Shown here in pieces: positions 26,405-34,115 of a stretch of 50,622 bases of DNA. The stretch's first letter is position 1. Every line of letters starts with the position of its first letter. Source of the stretch: an uncultured Candidatus Saccharimonas sp. (GTDB lineage: Bacteria > Patescibacteriota > Saccharimonadia > Saccharimonadales > Saccharimonadaceae); assembly GCA_964575635.1 (NCBI GenBank), contig CAZNQY010000001.1:1-50622 (forward strand), read 5' to 3'. A program made the position numbers and the translations under genes. The notes below the pieces were generated by a model. That model had not been told where the DNA came from and searched no databases. It saw only the letters and a program-made list of their open reading frames with translations.

Positions 26405-26569
26405 CCGACAGGATATCGCCTACGGCTCTTCCGTTTGCTTGAAAAAAATGTTTCGCTGGACAGCGAACACTTTTTTCTTCGCATCGCTACACCGAATCTT
26501 ACGGTTCGGATTCGCTACGCGAATCTACCATAGAAAAAAGACCAGTTTTCACTGGTCTTTTTTCTATGG
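26405..26569 (-). repeat. tRNA-linked repeat locus C downstream of tRNA-Arg: module (26405-26498), inverted 3'-half copy (26498-26530), 20-bp-stem hairpin (26528-26569)
   Basis: Module flank 'ccgacaggatatc' matches the tRNA-Arg 'ccgacaggattcgaa'. The core aligns with the other copies and carries an extra internal hairpin. Confidence 0.65.
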
Positions 26570-26643
26570 TACACCCGACAGGATTCGAACCTATGACCTT
26601 CGGCTCCGCAAGCCGACGCTCTATCCATCTGAGCTACGGGTGC
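26567..26643 (-). tRNA. tRNA-Arg(GCG), CCA encoded
   Basis: Reverse complement reads GCACCCG-TA-GCTC..GAGC-G-TCGGC-TTGCGGA-GCCGA-AGGTC-ATAGG-TTCGAAT-CCTGT-CGGGTGT-A-CCA, with a G1-U72 wobble. Confidence 0.85.
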
Positions 26644-26777
26644 AAAATCAGGGATTATTTGCGACGAATCGCGCATAACCGCCTGTTTCATGTAACTAGA
26701 AGGTGCCTTCATGCAATAAATTGCAGAACAAATGACATTGTATCATAAAAAATAATCTGATGGTAGGTGAATTTCGA

Positions 26778-27377
26778 CTAAAGTCGTATTTTTTGTACAA
26801 TAATATCAATAAAATCTAACTTTAACTGTTCCATAGGTAAGCGATTGCCTAAAATATCAACAATTTTTTCACCAACTTCTTCTGGAAAGTATACAGAAAC
26901 ACCAGGAGAAAAACGCTTGGTAGGTATTAACATTATCGAATGCTGGCCATGATCTTTTAATAAACCAAAGGCTTTAAAATCACCAAAATGATACAACTTA
27001 TCATCAATATATAAACCTTGATTACCCGTAAGTGTATAGTTGATCATTCGCGGTGGCCGTTTTGATAAAATCATTATAGCAATCGCCATCACTACAACAA
27101 GAATAGAAAAGGTGAATTCTTTCAAAACGAATATATCAAAAGCGATAAACAGAGCAACGATTACGCCGAACGACAAAAACCAAAGCCAGTCTTTTTCTTG
27201 ATTAACGTATTCGCTCGCAGCCCAGTGGACTGAAATATTATTAACAGAATCTTCAATTATTTGCTCTTGCGAACCATCTGTAATTTGAGTTTCCTGATCA
27301 TTATCTGGTTGATAAACTTCGGTTATTTCATCGAGCTCTTTATCTTTTTGCCAGTAGTTATTTTGATCATTTTGCAT
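26778..27377 (-). CDS. Membrane protein: acidic N-terminus, two TM helices, C-terminal domain reminiscent of bacterial PH (YdbS/YdbT-like)
   Basis: 199 aa; TM pair 'WLWFLSFGVIVALFIAFDIFVL' and 'FTFSILVVVMAIAIMIL'. Confidence 0.5.
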   Translation of the reverse strand: MQNDQNNYWQKDKELDEITEVYQPDNDQETQITDGSQEQIIEDSVNNISVHWAASEYVNQEKDWLWFLSFGVIVALFIAFDIFVLKEFTFSILVVVMAIAIMILSKRPPRMINYTLTGNQGLYIDDKLYHFGDFKAFGLLKDHGQHSIMLIPTKRFSPGVSVYFPEEVGEKIVDILGNRLPMEQLKLDFIDIIVQKIRL

Positions 27378-27481
27378 AAATCAATTATAGCACGAGAGAA
27401 AATTAGTTTTTTCAAAACGCTATTGTTTAATTTTTTATTAAGTATTAGAATTACCTTAATCATATTTATGGAGGGTGTTTT

Positions 27482-30094
27482 GTGAAGCGCTTTAGTTGTG
27501 TGAATATTAAGCTATTATTTATCATATTAAATGCAATGATTTTTGCAATACCGTCGAGCATCGTAAAAGCCGAACCTGCTTTAAGTTGGTCGGATGGAGC
27601 AAAAATCGTATCAAAGTTTGAAGTTGGCGACATAATAACAGATAAATGCCCGTATACTCATCAAGTAATACAACTTCCAAACAGTAGTGTGCGTAGAATT
27701 GCTTGCGTATACACAAGCAATAAAATTCAAATCGCTCAATACTTCGGTGTAAATTCTTTTGAAATATCAATAAAGTCAATATTTGATGATAAGTTTCATA
27801 AAATAAACTACTCATGCGCGTCTAGTTCCCCTTGCATTTACATAGAAAGTTCAGATACTCTAATTTCTCAGGAGCACCATGGTTCGTCATCACGCACATT
27901 AGTGTTTTATGATAATTTTACAAAAAGACTAAGTCATAACTTAAGCGACTTTAGTACTTTTGATTTTAATACAAATAATCCGAGTTTCGTAATCAACAGA
28001 GATTCGTCATATATAGGTGATGTTGGAGCTTTTGGTGTTTCGGAAAATGGCAAGTATGCTGCTTTTGAAATGACTAGTAGGGGATACGCGTTTATCGACA
28101 TAACCTCAAAAAGCATTAAACGAATGTCTAGAACTTCTCCGCAATATAATAATGGATCGAATCCCAGTATGGAATTTTCCGTTTCAAATGATGGGCAATT
28201 TATAGCCATAGCGGGAACAAATGCAGATTTTTCTATAATAAACAACGCAAATAACTGCGGAGATTGGCCGTCCTTTAATGATATTATAGCCGGATTAGTT
28301 CTCGAAAATCAATGCAGTACCCTACCGGTGACAGCTAATGACTACGTGGAACGATCAAGATTTATTCATAACCCAAAATTCAACAAAACGAGTAATCAAT
28401 TAAGCATAGATATATATACTTATACAAATAAATATTACAAGCTAACCATATCTACCCTAGACTACACCCAAAAACAAATAGATTACATCGCCATGGGCGA
28501 TTCATTCTCGAGCGGTGAAGGTGATTTGTCGGACTATTTCTACAGAGAAAATACTAATGCCGGGGTAGATAAATGTCATACAAGCTTAAATGCTTACTCA
28601 TATAAACTATTAAACCCGTCAATTCTGGATAGAACAAGGATAGTGAATATTGCTTGTTCTGGAGCTGTTACCGGCGACATTATAGGTAATGATAATTATC
28701 TAGGTCAAAATAATCGACTTTCGTCTTTTATTAACCAGGACATAGAAATTCTCAAAACAAACGCAATTGATAACTTTACGCCCGGCAGAATACCTCAGAA
28801 AGAATTTATAAAAAAATATCAGCCATCTATCGCAACTATCGGAATTGGCGGCAACGACGTGGATTTAGTCGGTAAACTAATAGCCTGTTTGTCTACTCAA
28901 TATTGCGCTCAAGCAAACACGGCCGACGGTAAAGCAAAAACAGCCAAAGAAATTCAAAACCTTTTCTACTCATTAACAAATACATATAGCTCGATTATTA
29001 ACGAATCTCCAAATACAAAATTATATGCTGTTGGATATCCAAAAATTATTAAAACCGGCACATGTAATTTTACTTTCAATAGCTTTCTTGATTCATATGA
29101 GCGTGAATATGCCGACGAATCTATCGAATATATAAATCAAGTTATAGAAGCAGCCGCAAAATACGTTGGGATTAAATATATAGACATATCAGAATCCCTA
29201 AATGGATACAGATTATGTGACGAAGATCCATTGGCGGTGAACGCTTTACGATCTGGCGAAGAAGCCGTATCAGTCCCAACTATTTTAGGCTACGTTAATA
29301 TTATCGGCAGTGAGAGTTTTCACCCAACTCCATACGGACATCAATTAATCGCCGACACCATAAACTCCGAGATTGGTGATCTTGCAACATATCAATATTG
29401 TGCGAACGGAGAAATAACCTGCCCAGACAGGACGGTAATTGCACCAAACCCATCAGGGTATTGGGGTGTGGCTGACATGAATTCAATCACAAACGTTAGG
29501 TCAATCGGATACGTGCTTTTCGACGGCAAGACGTTTACTATCAACACTCCTGAAGGATTATTGTTACCGTCCACTAAAATCAATATTAAAATACATTCAG
29601 ATCCAATCAATGTCGGCGAATTTATGACTAACGATACAGGTAGTTTAAATATTTCATTTCAAAAACCAGAAAATCTTGAATATGGCGTACATACTATTAT
29701 TTTAAGCGGCAAAACATTCACTGGCGAAAACATAGAACTCCAACAGATTTTTCAATACATCAAGCCCAAACCACAAACAATACCAACAGCAGTATCGCAA
29801 ACACTTGAAAACACAACAACGCCAACAAATACAATAAGCAGCACGGAATTGAAATTGAATTCTTCAATAAACAGAGTAGCAACTCCCGTAGTCGAGTCCG
29901 AGCCAGCAGTACTTTCTGAAACATCAACAATCCCAGAAGCTACATCGACGAACGTAGATAATACAATAGAATCAGTTGAGCAGGCAGATAAATTTAACGA
30001 CATATCTATAGTTGCTATTGTTATTGCTGTTTTCTCTCTGTTTATTTTTATACGCTACGTGTTTTTTGATAGTAAGTTGAGTAATAAAAAATAA
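27482..30094 (+). CDS. Large surface-anchored protein with a central SGNH/GDSL hydrolase domain, N-terminal signal peptide and C-terminal TM anchor
   Basis: GTG start with GGAGGG upstream. Block I 'YIAMGDSFSSGEG', 'GIGGNDV', block V-like 'SFHPTPYGH'. A Thr/Ser-rich linker is followed by 'ISIVAIVIAVFSLFIFI'. Confidence 0.8.
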   Translation: MKRFSCVNIKLLFIILNAMIFAIPSSIVKAEPALSWSDGAKIVSKFEVGDIITDKCPYTHQVIQLPNSSVRRIACVYTSNKIQIAQYFGVNSFEISIKSIFDDKFHKINYSCASSSPCIYIESSDTLISQEHHGSSSRTLVFYDNFTKRLSHNLSDFSTFDFNTNNPSFVINRDSSYIGDVGAFGVSENGKYAAFEMTSRGYAFIDITSKSIKRMSRTSPQYNNGSNPSMEFSVSNDGQFIAIAGTNADFSIINNANNCGDWPSFNDIIAGLVLENQCSTLPVTANDYVERSRFIHNPKFNKTSNQLSIDIYTYTNKYYKLTISTLDYTQKQIDYIAMGDSFSSGEGDLSDYFYRENTNAGVDKCHTSLNAYSYKLLNPSILDRTRIVNIACSGAVTGDIIGNDNYLGQNNRLSSFINQDIEILKTNAIDNFTPGRIPQKEFIKKYQPSIATIGIGGNDVDLVGKLIACLSTQYCAQANTADGKAKTAKEIQNLFYSLTNTYSSIINESPNTKLYAVGYPKIIKTGTCNFTFNSFLDSYEREYADESIEYINQVIEAAAKYVGIKYIDISESLNGYRLCDEDPLAVNALRSGEEAVSVPTILGYVNIIGSESFHPTPYGHQLIADTINSEIGDLATYQYCANGEITCPDRTVIAPNPSGYWGVADMNSITNVRSIGYVLFDGKTFTINTPEGLLLPSTKINIKIHSDPINVGEFMTNDTGSLNISFQKPENLEYGVHTIILSGKTFTGENIELQQIFQYIKPKPQTIPTAVSQTLENTTTPTNTISSTELKLNSSINRVATPVVESEPAVLSETSTIPEATSTNVDNTIESVEQADKFNDISIVAIVIAVFSLFIFIRYVFFDSKLSNKK

Positions 30095-30103
30095 CAGCAT
30101 AGT

Positions 30104-30235
30104 GCGAGATATCGCTGCGCTCCTTCGCTCACTTATGAAAAAATGTAAACACTTTTTCATTCCGTTCGCTGCGCCGAAATCGCGGTTGCGTTGATTTCAT
30201 CAAAACCCGCGAGCTCGGACCTTGCCCTCTTGGCA
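30104..30235 (-). repeat. tRNA-linked repeat locus D downstream of tRNA-Ser(UGA): module (30104-30185), small hairpin (30191-30203), inverted 3'-half copy (30206-30235)
   Basis: Flanks 'gcgagatatc' and 'ccgaaatcgcg' mirror the Ser(UGA) T-stem 'cgcgag/ctcgc'. 30206-30235 is ~80% identical to the reverse complement of the tRNA 3' 30 nt. Confidence 0.7.
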
Positions 30236-30270
30236 AATTAAAAAATGACCAAAAGGTCATTTTTTAATTT
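30235..30270 (-). terminator. Conserved post-tRNA hairpin 3' of tRNA-Ser(UGA)
   Basis: 'aaattaaaaaatgacc aaaa ggtcattttttaattt'. Confidence 0.6.
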
Positions 30271-30359
30271 GGCGGAGAGGGCGAGATTCGAACTCGCGGT
30301 GCCTTTTACAGCACGACGGTTTTCAAGACCGTTACCATAAACCGCTCGGCCACCTCTCC
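30270..30359 (-). tRNA. tRNA-Ser(UGA), type II, CCA encoded
   Basis: Reverse complement reads GGAGAGG-TG-GCCG...-ACGGT-CTTGAAA-ACCGT-(variable arm)-GCGAG-TTCGAAT-CTCGC-CCTCTCC-G-CCA. Confidence 0.88.
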
Positions 30360-30411
30360 GTACCTTAGTGTGTACCAAAAAATTATACCACAAGATATAA
30401 AATAGCCAAAA

Positions 30412-30837
30412 TTAATCCGTAAAAACAACACCTTGCTTGGCGAAATGTTCTCGCGCCTCAATATCAAACATACATTTATCAAAAGTAGAAGGTACATCTG
30501 ATTTATCGTTACAATTAGCCAAAACGGTATTATCGTCATATCTCAAGCCAGTAAAATCAGTGTTTTTTGCGTTGATTATCGCGGTGATGTCACATATATT
30601 CAAATTTCTAGCAGAACAATTCTCAATCCTAATTGGCTGCCCAGGAGGCAAAACAACATCATCTAAAACACAATCAATAAACACATTCATGCTTGATGGA
30701 AATTTTCGCCAATCAACTCCACTAAAATTCTCACCAACAAAAATCAATTCCTCGTAATCGGCGATTTCAGGGTAGCGAAATTTAAGGTATCTTTCTCTGT
30801 CGTTGTTTTTTATAGCTATTGATATTTTTTCATTCAT
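30412..30837 (-). CDS. Hypothetical protein, possibly pentapeptide-repeat/beta-helix-like
   Basis: 141-aa ORF with a weak RBS; the repeat call rests only on loose periodicity of hydrophobic, Asn, Asp and Cys residues. Confidence 0.4.
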   Translation of the reverse strand: MNEKISIAIKNNDRERYLKFRYPEIADYEELIFVGENFSGVDWRKFPSSMNVFIDCVLDDVVLPPGQPIRIENCSARNLNICDITAIINAKNTDFTGLRYDDNTVLANCNDKSDVPSTFDKCMFDIEAREHFAKQGVVFTD

Positions 30838-30903
30838 ATAAATAATTCGAGCAGTTTAAAGTTGTTAATTAAAACAACAAGACATACTCAGGTCTGTTAA
30901 TAG

Positions 30904-31119
30904 TTAATCCTGTCGAGAGCTGTCTGAAAGCGAGCTGTTATCTCCGCTTTTCGACCCTCCATAGAGTCCGTCGTCACTTGTATGAACCGATGTAGACTTA
31001 CTTCCATCAGATCCTACTTGACAATGGTAGTACCCGCCGGGATTACCGGGGTTGTCACACGAATTTACAGTGTGAACAGCGCCATCTCCACTTACCCAAC
31101 GAGATCCGTCGTTGCTCAT
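30904..31119 (-). CDS. Small Gly/Ser/Asp-rich protein (71 aa)
   Basis: Strong AAGGAGG 6 nt upstream of the ATG; low-complexity composition with two Cys. Confidence 0.5.
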   Translation of the reverse strand: MSNDGSRWVSGDGAVHTVNSCDNPGNPGGYYHCQVGSDGSKSTSVHTSDDGLYGGSKSGDNSSLSDSSRQD

Positions 31120-31237
31120 AGCAACCTCCTTAAAGTACGATTAGCTATTGCCGCTAAAGCTCATCGAATACAAACATTCGATTATTAATATAATAAACAT
31201 ATTATATTAAATAAGTCAATATTTATATAGTTGATCG

Positions 31238-31897
31238 TCACATTTGCCGCGCCAAAGCCGCAACATAGATATGCTTCGCGCCTGACTTCTTTAGAGCCCT
31301 TACAGCGTACTTTATCGTCGCACCAGTCGTAATTACATCATCAATCAACAAATAGGTGATTTCGGGGTCTAGCGCCACCAAACACTTAAATGCCTTCTTT
31401 GCCTGTTTTATTCTCGTTTTTGAATCCGCCTGTCGCTGTTTCGTATCCGTAACACGCACTAATACATGTTTATAATCCAACTTCATCCGCCGCGAAACAT
31501 ATCGCGCAATCAACGCCATATGATCATATCCACGCTCCCTAATATGACTAGATGCTGTCGGAACTGGTATGACAACTGTATTTTTGGGTAAATCCGGAAG
31601 AATTCCAATCAGTAAATCGCCCAAATCCTTATACGCACCGTACGCTCGTTCGAATTTATACAACCCAATAACTCTTTGAATCAAACCTTCTCTTATCCCA
31701 ACAACATAAGCTTTTTCAATACTCCCGACACAATCTTGACATAATGACATAGAATAAGTAGGCCTACGACATTCAATACAAAACAGCTCTCGGTCGCTAA
31801 TGATGTTATATTTACAATTGTCACACAATAAGCACCCGATTTTATCGCATCCGCAACAGTAGTGGGGAGCGACTATCGATATAAGCTTGTCTAGCAT
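31238..31897 (-). CDS. comF: ComF-family protein (N-terminal Cys4 zinc finger plus phosphoribosyltransferase domain)
   Basis: 'CCGCDK...CDNC...CIEC...CQDC' and PRT motif 'LLIDDVITTGAT'. The ATG at 31897 is preferred over the track start at 31969. Confidence 0.8.
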   Translation of the reverse strand: MLDKLISIVAPHYCCGCDKIGCLLCDNCKYNIISDRELFCIECRRPTYSMSLCQDCVGSIEKAYVVGIREGLIQRVIGLYKFERAYGAYKDLGDLLIGILPDLPKNTVVIPVPTASSHIRERGYDHMALIARYVSRRMKLDYKHVLVRVTDTKQRQADSKTRIKQAKKAFKCLVALDPEITYLLIDDVITTGATIKYAVRALKKSGAKHIYVAALARQM

Positions 31898-32003
31898 TGT
31901 ATTTTTTACGTTTAAAACCCTTCTATGGTTGATTATACCGTATATGTTAGTTATAATGTGATAGACCATTTGTCAATAGTGCCTAGAGAAAGTGGAGGAT
32001 ATC

Positions 32004-32474
32004 ATGGCTCGCAAACAGCAAAATGACGATTTTATAATCGAAGACGAATTAACTGCAGCGTTTTTGAACGACGATATGATGGGGATGACAGAAACAACAA
32101 CCATCTCAGCACCAGAAGAACAACCTTGGGACGATTCAGAAGAAGAATTCCCTGGTCAACTAGCTGTTGATGTGTACGAAACAGAAGACCGCCTTGTCAT
32201 CAAAGCTCGCACAGCAGGCGTAAACAAAGAAGAACTAGATGTTAGTATCAGTGACGGCATTCTAACAATCAGCGGTACTCTAAGTAGCGGTGACGAAGCA
32301 GAAGCAACTAACTGGCACATCCAGGAATGTTACTGGGGTGAATTCAGCCGTACATTAGCACTTCCTGTCAGCGTTCGTGAAGATGAAGTAGAAGCAGTTC
32401 TAAAAGACGGCGTTCTAACAATCAGCTTTGCAAAGATCCGCCAAGAAGCAGCAAAAAAGATTCAAGTTCAATAA
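32004..32474 (+). CDS. Hsp20/alpha-crystallin small heat-shock protein
   Basis: 'QLAVDVYETEDRLVIKA...GV..E.LDVSI.DG.LTISG', C-terminal 'DGVLTISF'. GGAGG lies 5 nt before the ATG at 32004. Confidence 0.85.
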   Translation: MARKQQNDDFIIEDELTAAFLNDDMMGMTETTTISAPEEQPWDDSEEEFPGQLAVDVYETEDRLVIKARTAGVNKEELDVSISDGILTISGTLSSGDEAEATNWHIQECYWGEFSRTLALPVSVREDEVEAVLKDGVLTISFAKIRQEAAKKIQVQ

Positions 32475-32490
32475 TCTTGAAATAATAAAT

Positions 32491-32524
32491 AAAATAACCC
32501 CCTGCAGTAGGGGTTATTTTATTC
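32491..32524 (+). terminator. Terminator after hsp20
   Basis: Stem aaaataacccc/ggggttatttt. Confidence 0.6.
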
Positions 32525-32563
32525 CTAAAAAATCACTAATAAACTTGCAGCTTTAAAAAACAT

Positions 32564-32592
32564 AAAAAATACCCCGCCAAATCAGCGGGGTA
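32564..32592 (-). terminator. Terminator after the last pilin-like gene
   Basis: Stem taccccgc/gcggggta followed by TTTTTT on the minus strand. Confidence 0.65.
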
Positions 32593-32611
32593 TTAATCTA
32601 TAAACGAATGT

Positions 32612-33007
32612 TTATTTAGCTAATGCAGTAACTACGAAGTTAGAGATAGCAAATGCAAGCATAGCTACAACAAGACCGATAACTGCGTAAAGAATAGTAT
32701 TCTTTGCTGCAGTAACAGATGAGCTGTCACCACCAGATAGTGTATAGCGGATACCGCCGTAAACAATCATTACTACGCTAGCAGCACCTAGTACGAACAA
32801 GATAGTGTTAATAACGTTTGTAAACATACCGTTAGCACCGAAAAGCTCTGTTTTCTTACCGTCACCAATACAATCTACTCCTTGTTCCATACCGCCTGTT
32901 CCATCACATGCTGCAAAAGTTGCTGTTGGCATAAAGAATGCGCTGCTTAGAGCCATAACTGGAACTAATAGTAAACCGGTCATTAGCTTTTGAATTGTTT
33001 TTTTCAT
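32612..33007 (-). CDS. VirB2/TrbC-like T4SS pilin paralogue 4
   Basis: Signal peptide, Cys pair, then a two-TM hairpin 'ILFVLGAASVVMIVYGGIRYTLSGGDSS..AAKNTILYAVIGLVVAMLAF'. Confidence 0.7.
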   Translation of the reverse strand: MKKTIQKLMTGLLLVPVMALSSAFFMPTATFAACDGTGGMEQGVDCIGDGKKTELFGANGMFTNVINTILFVLGAASVVMIVYGGIRYTLSGGDSSSVTAAKNTILYAVIGLVVAMLAFAISNFVVTALAK

Positions 33008-33070
33008 TTGATTCCTTTCATTAATACCTTATTTATAACATAAATTACAGTATTTGTTAATATTTTTAAT

Positions 33071-33445
33071 CTATTTGATCACACCAACTACGAAATTCGC
33101 AATTGCGAAAGCCGACATCGCTACAACCATACCGACAACTGAATAAATAATTATATTTTTCGCCTTTGTTATTTTTGAGCTGTCGCCAGCCGATGTAGTA
33201 TAAACCATGCCGCCATAAATCATCATAACAACAGATACGATGCCTAAGACAAACAACAAAGTATTTACAAGGTTTTTAATTATTCCAGACGCATTACTGC
33301 CGTCATCATTACATAACTTATTACTACTGTCAGAAGAACAAGAAGGGAATAGATCAAGGGCGCTAACGTTCGTAGATGGTATTAAAACCAATCCCAATCC
33401 CATAACCAAAGCAATAGAAACGATAATATTTTTAATTTTACTCAT
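33071..33445 (-). CDS. VirB2/TrbC-like T4SS pilin paralogue 3
   Basis: Same architecture: 'LLFVLGIVSVVMMIYGGMVYTTSAGDSSKITKAKNIIIYSVVGMVVAM'. Its start overlaps the upstream stop (TAATG). Confidence 0.7.
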   Translation of the reverse strand: MSKIKNIIVSIALVMGLGLVLIPSTNVSALDLFPSCSSDSSNKLCNDDGSNASGIIKNLVNTLLFVLGIVSVVMMIYGGMVYTTSAGDSSKITKAKNIIIYSVVGMVVAMSAFAIANFVVGVIK

Positions 33446-34113
33446 TAGAATCTCCCTAATACAAAATTTGTTATAACGAACGCCACAGAAACAATAATAA
33501 GGCCAGCGACAGCATATAATATAGCCATCTTTGCTTTTGCAATCTCGCCGACATCACCTCTTGATATAGCATACATAAAGCCTGCTGTAATTATTGCTAT
33601 AACTGCAATGATACCCGCCGCAAAATAAACGAGACTTAGTGTATTCGCCAAAGCAGTATTGGCATCAATATCCGGAATACTTTCATTAACACCCAAACCA
33701 AGCCCATTAATTATTAAACCAACAACAGCGATCGCCATCAATGCAATAACTAACCCAATAACAGCGTTAAGTATAGCGTTTTTGCCCTTTTTCATACCAT
33801 CCGATGATCCACGACTCAATAAATATTGAAAACCACCATAGATAATGTAAAAAGCGGATAAATACGCAACCGCCGTAATTGCGATCTGTAATATATTCAA
33901 CGCAATTCGCCAAACAAAGTTACTCATCGCTTTTCCGTCCGAACTATTCGGAACATCAATCGTACAATCACTATTAGTTACACCATCATACCAAGCAGGG
34001 AAGCCCAAAAAGCCACTATTACAGCTTGCGTAGGTGTCAGTAGGAATAGCAACAGCCATCAAAGATCCGCCTGCAAAGATGGCCAACATTATCGCTTGAA
34101 AATATTTCTTCAT
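33445..34113 (-). CDS. Tandem (fused) double VirB2/TrbC-like pilin, paralogue 2
   Basis: Two consecutive TM-hairpin units: 'YIIYGGFQYLLSRGSSDGMKKGKNAILNAVIGLVIAL' and 'GFMYAISRGDVGEIAKAKMAILYAVAGLIIV'. Confidence 0.7.
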   Translation of the reverse strand: MKKYFQAIMLAIFAGGSLMAVAIPTDTYASCNSGFLGFPAWYDGVTNSDCTIDVPNSSDGKAMSNFVWRIALNILQIAITAVAYLSAFYIIYGGFQYLLSRGSSDGMKKGKNAILNAVIGLVIALMAIAVVGLIINGLGLGVNESIPDIDANTALANTLSLVYFAAGIIAVIAIITAGFMYAISRGDVGEIAKAKMAILYAVAGLIIVSVAFVITNFVLGRF

Positions 34114-34115
34114 TA

